Shown here: one piece after another, positions 40,685 to 50,180 of the stretch
How the letters are laid out: each line of letters opens with the position of its first letter
How positions within the stretch are numbered: position 1 is the first letter of the stretch
IMG/VR virus record: IMGVR_UViG_3300037067_001739
Location: 70,398 to 134,397 of that record
DNA: 64,000 nucleotides
Strand: one strand, 5' to 3'
Source: a virus
Taxonomy: Duplodnaviria; Caudoviricetes
The notes under the pieces: generated by a model
What the model was told of the DNA's origin: nothing
Database searches by the model: none
What the model saw: the letters and a program-made list of their open reading frames with translations, nothing else
Made by a program: the position numbers and the translations under genes

Positions 40685-40858
40685 ATGCGTAAGAAATACG
40701 AAATGCGTTGTAAAGTGTGCGGGTATCATTACTGGTTCATCGGTGAATGGTATCCATACGAAGGATGTCCTGTGTGTGGACACGGAGCAAGCTTTGACGA
40801 GTTCAAATGTAAAGAAGAGGACATCGAAAAGTCGTCCTATCAAATCAAAGGAGAATAA
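40685..40858 (+). CDS. Small rubredoxin-like Zn-ribbon protein (57 aa; missing from ORF track)
   Basis: GAGGT SD; MRKKYEMRCKVCGYHYW...GCPVCGHG...IKGE*. Confidence 0.65.
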   Translation: MRKKYEMRCKVCGYHYWFIGEWYPYEGCPVCGHGASFDEFKCKEEDIEKSSYQIKGE

Positions 40859-40973
40859 ATACTGGTGTGATGCTTATAAATGTGATGAGTGTCCTGTGCG
40901 GTTTCAGTGTTTTACTTCTCGTGGTGAGATAGAGACGGAAAAGGAAATTGACAGATGGAAGCTGTACGAATAG
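40849..40973 (+). CDS. Tag-motif reading frame (3' part of track ORF 40614-40973); start unclear
   Basis: KENKYWCDAYKCDECPVRFQCFTSRG... Confidence 0.5.
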
Positions 40974-41185
40974 AGAAGGTTGATAAGGTTATCTGCGACA
41001 ACTGTCATTTAAGGTTCAAGTGTTACACTGAACGTAAAACTGTGTGCGGGTTGTTTAGTCCAATCTCCTCTGAAGAGATAGAGTTCGATAGGCTAAGCGA
41101 TGAAGATGTTAAGAAGATGCACATAGCTAAAGCGAAAAGACAGGGACATTACTTCCCTGTTGAACCAGCGGATGCTGGAGAGTAG
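40955..41185 (+). CDS. Small protein with tag motif
   Basis: CDNCHLRFKCYT. Confidence 0.7.
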   Translation: MEAVRIEKVDKVICDNCHLRFKCYTERKTVCGLFSPISSEEIEFDRLSDEDVKKMHIAKAKRQGHYFPVEPADAGE

Positions 41186-41810
41186 GGGAGAAATATATTT
41201 GGACCGATTGGGGACCTATTACGGGATGGAAATAAACGAGCTAGAGGATGTAATCTCTAAGATAAAGATAAGCAAACCGAAATATAGAGAGAAAGAAGTA
41301 GAACACAAGTCTCTACCATTCATGCTTACAACATTTCGGGAACTTATAATAAACGAAGTCCCACCGACACAAGAAGAGTTTATAAATACGTTCAAACAAA
41401 AATATCCTGACTTGAAGTTAAAGGGAATAACATCCAGACTGAAGAGAGCGTATCTCTCATATGTTCGGGAGTACCATTTAGGGTATCTGTTACAAAAGCA
41501 CTTCAGGAAAGTGATATATGATGAAAAAACGGATATTGCGGGTGTGGACTATGTGATTCACTATAGAGGACGCAAGTTTAACATTCATGCTTTCGTCAAT
41601 ACAGAGAATGGTAAGTATTGGAGAGAGATAAAGAATGGTAGGCACAAGTTTCGTGGTGAGCACTTAGACTTGCCTATGGACTTAGACAAAGGACGTAAGT
41701 GTGGCAAGTTAATCCTTTACACTGATGAGCAAGTATTAAGACTCAAAGGTGAAATGGATAGTATTGTTAAAGCTAGGCGTAAGGCTGAAGCTAAAAAACA
41801 AGCTCTGTGA
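41160..41810 (+). CDS. Hypothetical protein, possibly restriction-endonuclease-like fold
   Basis: REYH...DIAGVDYVI resembles a PD-(D/E)xK core; weak. Confidence 0.4.
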   Translation: MNQRMLESRGEIYLDRLGTYYGMEINELEDVISKIKISKPKYREKEVEHKSLPFMLTTFRELIINEVPPTQEEFINTFKQKYPDLKLKGITSRLKRAYLSYVREYHLGYLLQKHFRKVIYDEKTDIAGVDYVIHYRGRKFNIHAFVNTENGKYWREIKNGRHKFRGEHLDLPMDLDKGRKCGKLILYTDEQVLRLKGEMDSIVKARRKAEAKKQAL

Positions 41811-42649
41811 CATTCTTGACAAATTTTTAGCTTTGGTTGTGACATTCTAAAAGGCGGCTGGCAAAACGGTCCTTAATAAGGACCATATTTATTAAATAAG
41901 CTCCTAATAGCCTTATTATTTATTATATATTTGTTGTAAAAAAAAAATGAGTGACGAAGTAACAAAAGAAGACATCATTAAATCTCTTGAGGAGCATATT
42001 GACAACATCAAAGTCATTGTGCGTAACCTTACCATGCTTGATACTACTGATGATGATAGGGTCAACAGGACGTGCGTGCATAATGCTACCTTTACTTTGT
42101 TCGAACTAATAGATAAGTTGGTTAATACGGAAGCTGACATTTATAATTATTTTCATAGGAGAGGATAATATGGACTGTTCATTAAGTAAAACATTGAAGA
42201 AGTATCATGAGGATATGAAAAATCCTAAGTTGGCAGGTGTCATTCACCACTGTCCAGTCATCGGAAAGCAGATTTGTCTATGGTGCTGTTTGCACATAGC
42301 TGATGCGGCTGAACCAATGAAAAGGATGCACACTTTGGACATCTATCCTGACATGATGAAAGTTGAAGAAATTTCTGGCAGAGATTTAGATTCAATATGG
42401 GAAACCTGTTCCCGTTGCCATGTTCGGGCTTGACAATGGCATAACGGTATGGTATAATGGAATTGGATAGGTTGAAGAGGGAAGTCAATAAGCTTCGTGA
42501 TAGAACTGCTGAGTTAACCGCACCTGGTTTTTCTTACTACGAGCAAGAGCTTATTAGACGTATCATCAAAGCTGTCCGTCCACAAATGAAGGACAAAAGT
42601 GACATCTCTATTGCGGATGATATTTTAAGCAAAACGGAGTGGTTGGATA

Positions 42650-43240
42650 ATGGATGAAGAAATCTTTGTAACTACGGAGTACGAAAGAAGAAGTCTAAGA
42701 AAGCATCGGGTAATAATCGTAAGTGGAGAAATTGAAAGTGGAACTGCTCACGAGTTTCTTGAAGACATGCACTTTCTTCTTTACGAGGATTCTAAAGAAC
42801 CTATAACAGTAATCATAGCGTCTCCAGGTGGTGATGCTTTTTCTGGATTTTCTATGGTTAGAGCTATACGACTGGCTCAGAAGAAGGGAATCAAGGTCAT
42901 AGGTGATGTTCATGGTCATGCTTGTTCTATGGCATTCTTCCTACTACAGACCTGTGATGAGCGAATAATGGGTAAGCTTGATGTTCTCATGGCACATGGT
43001 ATTACAACTGGTTTTACTGGTGATATGAAGAACATGGAAGCTGAATCTAAATTACTTACATTCTGGCACAGAGAGTGGGCTGATTTAGTAGCTGATAGAT
43101 GTGTCGGGGAGTACAAAGAACCTGGATTTTGGTTCGAGATATTTAGGGATAACACTCCTCAGTGGTATACTGCGGAAGAAGCTATAGAAATGGGGTTAGT
43201 AGATAAAATAGATGGCGAACTTACAAACAATAAAAATTAA
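42650..43240 (+). CDS. clpP: ClpP-like serine peptidase
   Basis: IASPGG, GHACSMA (Ser), MAHG (His), AEEAIEMGLVDKI. Confidence 0.85.
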   Translation: MDEEIFVTTEYERRSLRKHRVIIVSGEIESGTAHEFLEDMHFLLYEDSKEPITVIIASPGGDAFSGFSMVRAIRLAQKKGIKVIGDVHGHACSMAFFLLQTCDERIMGKLDVLMAHGITTGFTGDMKNMEAESKLLTFWHREWADLVADRCVGEYKEPGFWFEIFRDNTPQWYTAEEAIEMGLVDKIDGELTNNKN

Positions 43241-43652
43241 GAAAATCCACCCGAAAGCAATTGTACCAAAGCTTGCTACCAATGGTTCAGCGTGTTTTGA
43301 CCTTTATTCGTGTGAAGACTTTGTGCTATCCAATGGTTACTTTCACATGGCTAAGACTGGTATTATAATGGAAATACCTGAAGGTTACCATGTAGAGGTT
43401 TGCAGTAGAAGCGGAATGGCTAAAAAGGGTATAATTATACCTAATTCTCCTGGTATTGTAGACTCAGATTATCGTGGTGAAGCTATGGTTATGCTGTACG
43501 GTTTATTTATGAAGAATCGTGAGTTCTTCCAAGTTGGAAGCAGAATAGCACAGTGTAAATTGGTTAGGAACGTTTCAACTCAATTTCAAGTGGTTAGTAA
43601 ACTATCTGAGACGGAACGTGGTTCTGGTGGATTTGGTTCTACTGGAAAGTAA
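43212..43652 (+). CDS. dut: Trimeric dUTPase
   Basis: ACFDL, SRSG, PGIVDSDYRGE, RIAQ, TERGSGGFGSTG. Confidence 0.95.
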   Translation: MANLQTIKIKKIHPKAIVPKLATNGSACFDLYSCEDFVLSNGYFHMAKTGIIMEIPEGYHVEVCSRSGMAKKGIIIPNSPGIVDSDYRGEAMVMLYGLFMKNREFFQVGSRIAQCKLVRNVSTQFQVVSKLSETERGSGGFGSTGK

Positions 43653-43661
43653 GGAGAGGAA

Positions 43662-44033
43662 ATGGTGAAAGCTTATGTGGCAGGTAAGTTTGAGGAAAAA
43701 CCTGCTGTCAAGGAGTTAATGTCGGACTTGCTGGAAATGGGTGTCGGCATTACACACGATTGGACACCAACAGATTCACGGATTGATGGTAAGAAGACGT
43801 GTGCAGTTAATGATGCTCATGGTGCGGCTAGTGCTGATTTTGTAGTTATCGTGGCTACTAAGAGGCTAAATTATGCTGGTTCTTATGTGGAGTTCGGAAT
43901 AGCTCTAGGTAAAGATAAACCAGTGTATGTTATTGGTAATGGTATGGACAGATGCTTATTTGTTAATCATCCTACTGTTATAAAATTTTCAAATAAGAAT
44001 GACTTCCTTGATTATGTCAAGAGTAATTATTAG
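43662..44033 (+). CDS. Nucleoside 2-deoxyribosyltransferase-like protein
   Basis: AYVAG, D..GA..AD, GSYVEFGIALG..KPVYVIG. Confidence 0.7.
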   Translation: MVKAYVAGKFEEKPAVKELMSDLLEMGVGITHDWTPTDSRIDGKKTCAVNDAHGAASADFVVIVATKRLNYAGSYVEFGIALGKDKPVYVIGNGMDRCLFVNHPTVIKFSNKNDFLDYVKSNY

Positions 44034-44044
44034 TGAGTGTGTAA

Positions 44045-46087
44045 ATGAGAGTAATTAAACGTGATGGTAGAATTGTAAAATTCAACCCCGACAAGATAGT
44101 TCTTGCCGTTACGAAAGCTATGAAGTCTATTGGGTGTGTGGATGATTCCATTGCCTCTAGTGTATCAGAAAAAGTGACTGATAGCCTCAACGGTAACAAA
44201 GAGATTTCTGTTGAAGAGATTCAAGACAGGGTAGAGAATGCTCTAATCCAGCTTGGTAATGCTCAACTTGCCAAAGCTTATATATTGTACAGAGCAGAAC
44301 GGGCACAAGTTCGTGGTTTCAGAGAAGCCATTGGTGTAGAATCCGATGATTTGAAACTAGGTATGAATGCTCTAGCATTGCTTGACAAGAGGTACTTGAA
44401 GAGCTTCAATGGCAAGAAGGAATCGCCGTCTCAGATGTTCAAGAGGGTGGCGAAGCACGTGGCTTCAGTAGAGAAAAAATGGGGTGGTGACCCCGACTAC
44501 TGGAGTAAAGTTTTTTATAACCTAATGGCTAACCAGATGTTTCTTCCTAATACACCATGTCTCGCCAATGCAGGTAATAAGGATTTGAACTACCTGTTTG
44601 CTTGTTATGCGTTTGAAGTTGGTGATTCTATGGAAGACATTTTACAGACTGCAAAAGACTGTGGTATGGTTCAGAAGACTGGCGGTGGTGTCGGTCTTAA
44701 CATCTCTAAACTAAGACCTTCTGGTGATAAAGTTAAGTCAACTGAGGGTGTTGCTAGTGGACCTATTGACTTCATGAGAATTTATGATACCATTAGTGAC
44801 GTTATTAAGCAGGGTGGAATTAGACGTGGTGGTAATCTAGGTTTATTGCTAGTTAACCATCCAGATATTATAGACTTTGTTAAGTGTAAGAATGACGAAA
44901 CACATCTAACCAATTTTAATATTTCAGTTGCCATGACTGATGAGTTTATGCGTTGCGTTGAATCTGGTGAAGATTTCGAACTGATAAACCCTAAAGATGG
45001 CAAAGTATCTACTAAAGTAAACCCAAGGCACTTGTTCCGCTTTATAGCCGAATCTGCTTGGCGAAATGGAGAGCCTGGGTTTGTTTTTTGGGATAAAATA
45101 GAGGAAGACAATCCAACTCCGAACCAAGGACATCTTATTAAGAATCTTTGTGGTGAGCAGGATTTACTTCCGTATGAAGCGTGTTGTTTGGGTTCTATTA
45201 ACTTAGTAAAGTTTGTCGAGGATGGTCAAATAGTGTATAACTCACTTAGAAAGGTCGTTCACCACGCTGTAAGATTCCTTGACAATGTTATTGAGTCCTC
45301 AGACTATCCTTTAGATAAAATTAGCGATAAGGTACATAACAATCGTAAGATTGGACTTGGTGTAATGGGTTTTGCCAACATGCTGTTTGAGTTAGGGATA
45401 CCTTATGATTCAGAGGAGGCAGTAAATGTAGCCGATGATGTCATGAGTTTTATTAGTAATGAAGCCAAGAAGGCTTCAGCTAAATTGGCTGATGACAGAG
45501 GAGATTTCCCCGCTATTACTGATTCTACTGTGAAATCTCCTAGACGTAATGCTACACTGACCACTATAGCTCCTACTGGTAGTATTAGTATCATAGCTGA
45601 GACATCAAGTGGTATAGAACCCATTTTTGCTATAATCTATCAGAAGACCAACATTCTTGAGAATAATACTTTCTTTGAGGTAAATCCAGTATTCGAAAGT
45701 ATTGGTAAGCGTGAGGGATGGTATTCTCCTCAACTTATTACTAAAATTATAAAGAATGGTGGAAAAGTGTCTGGAATGGCAGAGATACCTGACAAATGGC
45801 AGAAGGTGTTCAGGACGGCACTTGAAATAACTCCAGAATGGCACGTTAAGATGCAAGCGGCATTTCAACGCAATGTTGATAACGCTATCTCAAAAACAAT
45901 CAATATGCCTTATGAGGCTACTGTAGAGGATGTTGAGAATACAATACTACTAGCATACAAGCTCAACTTAAAGGGTCTCACCGTATTCCGTAATCAAAGC
46001 AGGACAAAGCAGGTTCTCGAAACATTGTGTCCAGAGTGCGAGGATGGTGTTTGTCCGATAGTCCCACCTGAAGAAGCCACACAATAG
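44045..46087 (+). CDS. nrdJ: Class II (adenosylcobalamin) ribonucleotide reductase with N-terminal ATP cone
   Basis: VIKRDG ATP cone; PNTPCL, QGGIRRGG, GEPG, NLCGEQ, CCLGSINL, IAPTGS, ISKTIN, KGLTVFR; no beta-subunit gene nearby. Confidence 0.88.
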   Translation: MRVIKRDGRIVKFNPDKIVLAVTKAMKSIGCVDDSIASSVSEKVTDSLNGNKEISVEEIQDRVENALIQLGNAQLAKAYILYRAERAQVRGFREAIGVESDDLKLGMNALALLDKRYLKSFNGKKESPSQMFKRVAKHVASVEKKWGGDPDYWSKVFYNLMANQMFLPNTPCLANAGNKDLNYLFACYAFEVGDSMEDILQTAKDCGMVQKTGGGVGLNISKLRPSGDKVKSTEGVASGPIDFMRIYDTISDVIKQGGIRRGGNLGLLLVNHPDIIDFVKCKNDETHLTNFNISVAMTDEFMRCVESGEDFELINPKDGKVSTKVNPRHLFRFIAESAWRNGEPGFVFWDKIEEDNPTPNQGHLIKNLCGEQDLLPYEACCLGSINLVKFVEDGQIVYNSLRKVVHHAVRFLDNVIESSDYPLDKISDKVHNNRKIGLGVMGFANMLFELGIPYDSEEAVNVADDVMSFISNEAKKASAKLADDRGDFPAITDSTVKSPRRNATLTTIAPTGSISIIAETSSGIEPIFAIIYQKTNILENNTFFEVNPVFESIGKREGWYSPQLITKIIKNGGKVSGMAEIPDKWQKVFRTALEITPEWHVKMQAAFQRNVDNAISKTINMPYEATVEDVENTILLAYKLNLKGLTVFRNQSRTKQVLETLCPECEDGVCPIVPPEEATQ

Positions 46088-46116
46088 CGAGTGGTCGTTA
46101 TTGTTAGGAGATTGCT

Positions 46117-46443
46117 ATGTCTAGAGTTGTCCCAAGTGTTACGGCTGAAAAGCCTTACTTCGATAGTTTGGATATGATAGATAAGTGTTGTTCAATCTGT
46201 GGTCGTAGATTAAATACCATTGCAAACATTTGGTTTTGTAGCAGGTGTTATAACGACTGGAAGGAAGCTATATTAGGAAAAGAACCTTGGGTTATCTACC
46301 TCAGAAAATTGGAGCAAGCTAGAAGGTACAAAATAAAGACCATGAAAGATTTAGGTATAAAGTTAGTTTATCTTGGTGTGGAATGGGATATTGATGAGAA
46401 TGGTAACCTAGTTCATAGGGATAGGTATAATCAGAATGGGTAG
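46117..46443 (+). CDS. Zn-finger hypothetical protein
   Basis: CSIC...CSRC. Confidence 0.55.
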   Translation: MSRVVPSVTAEKPYFDSLDMIDKCCSICGRRLNTIANIWFCSRCYNDWKEAILGKEPWVIYLRKLEQARRYKIKTMKDLGIKLVYLGVEWDIDENGNLVHRDRYNQNG

Positions 46444-47008
46444 GAAGAAGAAAGGTTCTGCTTTACAAGAGAAGATTGATACTTACTTAGAAGAGTACGA
46501 GCTTGATGACCTTAATCAAGCTAACGATATGGCGGCTCTGACGCAGATGTGCCAATTAGAGTTGAACATAGAGAAAATACAAGAAGCTCTTGATGGTCTA
46601 AACTACAAATCTGGTGCTGGTAAGAGCGTTGATTCCAAGATGATAAGAGAACTCCATAGTGCTCTTCGTGACGCTAACCAGAATTGGGTAACTTTACAGC
46701 AGGAACTTGGTATCAATAGAAAGAAGAGAAAGAGTGACAGTGAAGAATCTCCTCTCCAGTACATTGACAGATTGCAAACACAGGCTAAGAAGATTATAGA
46801 TTCTAGATTTACCGCTTTTGTTTGTCCTAATTGTGGTCAGATTCTTGGAAAATACTTCTTCTATGTCACCGAAAAGCAAGAGGATGGTTCTATTGATACG
46901 GAAGGTAAGGAAATAGAAAAGTACAAGTATACTATTCGTCACGAGTGCTGGAAATGCGGAAAGGTTGCCGAGCATTCAAATGAAAGTATCGTTATTGCTG
47001 AATCATGA
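46436..47008 (+). CDS. Probable terminase small subunit
   Basis: Helical protein immediately upstream of and coupled to TerL; ELGINRKKR; C-terminal Zn ribbon. Confidence 0.55.
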   Translation: MGRKKKGSALQEKIDTYLEEYELDDLNQANDMAALTQMCQLELNIEKIQEALDGLNYKSGAGKSVDSKMIRELHSALRDANQNWVTLQQELGINRKKRKSDSEESPLQYIDRLQTQAKKIIDSRFTAFVCPNCGQILGKYFFYVTEKQEDGSIDTEGKEIEKYKYTIRHECWKCGKVAEHSNESIVIAES

Positions 47009-48600
47009 AAGAAAAGGTAAATTTTAGTGAAGGTGACCTAGCAGTTCTTGAGGTAATCGAAGACCCTGTTCTATGTGCCGAGTTCATTTATAGCAATGAG
47101 TCAGACTTGGACGAGGGTCATTACGGTTGGAAGTTCGACAATTACCAAAAGAAGTTGCTTACTGATAGTAGTCACTACATTTCAGTGTGTACTGGTCGTG
47201 CCACTGGAAAAACACAATCCCTTGAGGCTAAGATTCTCCAGTTTGCAGTAGCTAATAAGTATAAGAATGCAAGTTCTAATGAACTACTGTTAGTAACACA
47301 GAATAAAGCTCAGTTAGAACCTGTGTTTATGCGTCTTATCAAGATGCTTAGAACTCATCCTCTTTTGAAGTTCTTCGTTGATAGGCAAAGTGTTAATATG
47401 TCAAATCATGAAGTAAAACTTCTCAATGGTTGCTTAATCAGGTGTCGTATTGTTGGGTCTTCTGGTGATAGCAACGTTATTGGTATGCACGTACCTTGTG
47501 TCTTCGTTGACGAGGCTCAGGTTATGAACTACCAAGCATGGAACTCATTGCATCAGGGTATCAACACGTGGGATGAAACATACCAGGTGTGGGTTAGCGG
47601 TGTTCCTAATGGTCTGCGTGAAAAGAATGTTCTGTTCGAATGTGACCAAGTAGATGAAAGGTATTCTAGACACAACTTATCTCGTCTTAGTAGTCCTAGA
47701 TATACCAAAGACCAGCACGAATTTGACCTTAAACAGTACGGTGGCGAGAATGGTGACGATTATGTTCACTTGGTTTTAGGTGAGCATGGTTCACCAGCGT
47801 TCTCTGTTTTTGACCGCAAACTAATGAAGATTGAAGACTATCCAGTTATGGTCTCAATTCTAAATAACATAACACTAGACCAGCATGACGGTAACTTTAA
47901 TGAGGTTCTCAGAGCACCAGACCTACCTCACGATGTCCAAAGGAAGTATGACCTTATTGTGGCTGGTATTGACGCTGGTTTCTCAAATGACCCCACTATA
48001 ATAACCATATTGTGGAGAGACGCTGACACATTAGTATGGAGAGAGTTCGCTAGGTTTGAGTTGAGAAGAATAAAATATCCGATGCAGGCTAAGATTATTG
48101 ATTGGTTAGACACAATCTATGGTTTTAACATGATAGCCATAGATGCTGGTAGCTCAGGTCTTGCGCTATGTCAGATATTACAGGATGAAAATGGGGACTT
48201 CAAAAACAAGAACTTTACTAAGAGGTTAACTCCTGTAGATTTCCAGGCAAATGTTATTACTGGTTATGATGAGGAAGGTAAGGAAATAAAGGATAGGGTT
48301 AGAAAATTCACTATCCAGACACTCCAGAAGTGGAGTCAGAACGACCAGATTATTGCATTCTCTACTCAGGATGATGAAGTGGTTTCGGAACTTGAAAGAG
48401 TTGGTTTCACTAGAGATATGTTAGGTCAACCAAAATTCTTTGTCTATTCACCTCAAGGTGGTCAAAAAGGTGAAGACCACATTCTGGCTTCCATACTTAC
48501 TTGGGTGTATGGGTATTACTACAATTATTATTCACCCGAAAAACCCAAGACCAAGGGAAAGTATAGCGATTTAGCTAAGGGTGGATGGAATCAGAGGTAA
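47005..48600 (+). CDS. terL: Terminase large subunit
   Basis: YQ adenine motif, GRATGKT (Walker A), VFVDEAQ (Walker B), GIDAG..D (RNase H-like), EDH; upstream of portal. Confidence 0.88.
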   Translation: MKEKVNFSEGDLAVLEVIEDPVLCAEFIYSNESDLDEGHYGWKFDNYQKKLLTDSSHYISVCTGRATGKTQSLEAKILQFAVANKYKNASSNELLLVTQNKAQLEPVFMRLIKMLRTHPLLKFFVDRQSVNMSNHEVKLLNGCLIRCRIVGSSGDSNVIGMHVPCVFVDEAQVMNYQAWNSLHQGINTWDETYQVWVSGVPNGLREKNVLFECDQVDERYSRHNLSRLSSPRYTKDQHEFDLKQYGGENGDDYVHLVLGEHGSPAFSVFDRKLMKIEDYPVMVSILNNITLDQHDGNFNEVLRAPDLPHDVQRKYDLIVAGIDAGFSNDPTIITILWRDADTLVWREFARFELRRIKYPMQAKIIDWLDTIYGFNMIAIDAGSSGLALCQILQDENGDFKNKNFTKRLTPVDFQANVITGYDEEGKEIKDRVRKFTIQTLQKWSQNDQIIAFSTQDDEVVSELERVGFTRDMLGQPKFFVYSPQGGQKGEDHILASILTWVYGYYYNYYSPEKPKTKGKYSDLAKGGWNQR

Positions 48601-50180
48601 GCATGGCTGAAAATAATGAAAAGAAAACAAAAGTAGCTACTGGCGAGAGTAATGATGGTAAGTTAGTTAAAGCTACTGTAAATGTACTGACTGACCCAAC
48701 ACAAACGGGTTTGGTTTTTACTAATGAAGTTGACAAGTTAGAGATACCTGCCGATTATCACAAGTTGATAAAGGTTTGCAGATTTTTCTACAAGCATGAC
48801 CCGATTGCGGGTACGGTTCTTAATAAAATGGTTGACTGTGCCATCACACCATTGACCAATCGCAAAGGTGAGTGCGATGATGAGGAATATGAAGTTTATA
48901 ATGCTCTTGCGGACATGCTACAAGAGTTCTTCAGAAATGCGTGCCTCGAATACCTTCTTTCTGGATTGGTAGTTCCTCACTATGAGTGGACTCGTATGCG
49001 TGGAAGTGAGTTGTCACCTAAGCTCAACTCTAGAAGAAGAGTCTTAGTTCCAGATAATGTCTGGTTCAGAGACCCTGCCACTATCACAGTTAAAAACTCA
49101 CCTGTAATACCTAATAAGAAATACTACTACGTTACAGTGGATGCCAATACCATATCTTTCATTAGGGGTAAGGGTAGGCTTCCTGATGGTACTGTTGACA
49201 AGGAAACATACGATGAGATGGTAAAGAACTATCCAGAGTTTGTTAAAGCTGTCCAGAATATGAAGGGTACAAAGATGCAAGTTCTTCTTGAAGATGTAAG
49301 ACCAATTCTTGCTAAGACACTTCCAGAAGACGCTTATCCAGTACCCTACATGGAGAACGCTTTAGAATCATTGATGCACAAGAGAAATTTGAAGAGAATG
49401 GATTATTCTATCACTTCACGTGTTATCGGTGCTATCCAGATGATAAGGCTTGGTAATGACGACTACCCATGTACTGATGATATGGACTTTGAACACATCA
49501 AAAATCAGATGAACTATAGAACCTCTGCTGGTAACCAAGAACGTGTGTACCAGTTATTTGCCAACCATACTCTTCAGATTGAGTGGGTGTTCCCAAACAC
49601 TGAAGCCATGTTGAATAGAGAAAAATATACTACTGTAGAGGACGACATAATTGCGGCTTTTGGTTTCCCACGTACCTTGATTACTGGTGAAACTTTAAGG
49701 TCTAATGTATCTGGTGGTACTGATTTTGCGGCATTCTCTCCTATTGCTACGATGGAGACAATAAGAGACAGATTGCTTGAATGGTTGAAGATTATGTATG
49801 GCGAAATAAAGGATAAGAACAATTTCAAGGGGCAGGCTGTTCCGCAGTTTACACCTATGAGGCTTTACAAACTAATTGACCTTAATACTATTGGTCAGAC
49901 TCTATACATGGAAGGTAATATCTCACGTAAGAGCAGACAAGAGCTTGTTGGTTTGGATTTTGATACTGAACTTGAGAGAAAGGCTGATGAAGAGAAGAGA
50001 ATGAAGGAAATGGGTGTCCCTGATGCTCCAGAGCTTCCGTACTCATCTCCAAGTATTGGTAAGACTCCTGATGGTGGTGGTGGAGCTAATCCCACTCAGG
50101 TAAAGCAAACTAAACAACCTAAACAAACGAAGCAAGCTTCAGAGAACAAATACGGTAAATTAGGATTGGCTGATGAATAA
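48585..50180 (+). CDS. Portal protein
   Basis: 531 aa directly after TerL; I..AFGFP..LI.G pattern and charged C-terminus typical of portals. Confidence 0.75.
   Translation: MESEVSMAENNEKKTKVATGESNDGKLVKATVNVLTDPTQTGLVFTNEVDKLEIPADYHKLIKVCRFFYKHDPIAGTVLNKMVDCAITPLTNRKGECDDEEYEVYNALADMLQEFFRNACLEYLLSGLVVPHYEWTRMRGSELSPKLNSRRRVLVPDNVWFRDPATITVKNSPVIPNKKYYYVTVDANTISFIRGKGRLPDGTVDKETYDEMVKNYPEFVKAVQNMKGTKMQVLLEDVRPILAKTLPEDAYPVPYMENALESLMHKRNLKRMDYSITSRVIGAIQMIRLGNDDYPCTDDMDFEHIKNQMNYRTSAGNQERVYQLFANHTLQIEWVFPNTEAMLNREKYTTVEDDIIAAFGFPRTLITGETLRSNVSGGTDFAAFSPIATMETIRDRLLEWLKIMYGEIKDKNNFKGQAVPQFTPMRLYKLIDLNTIGQTLYMEGNISRKSRQELVGLDFDTELERKADEEKRMKEMGVPDAPELPYSSPSIGKTPDGGGGANPTQVKQTKQPKQTKQASENKYGKLGLADE

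Noticed and set aside
562-41185. Tag motif as a DNA repeat (integron att site, MITE, DGR template/variable repeat)
   Set aside because: Synonymous codon variation and strict in-frame placement indicate protein-level conservation; no reverse transcriptase, integrase or transposase in the window
562-41185. Calling the tagged proteins WhiB or SPASM family members
   Set aside because: Only the Cx2Cx5C spacing is shared; the WhiB G(V/I)WGG turn and the SPASM GGC/radical SAM context are absent
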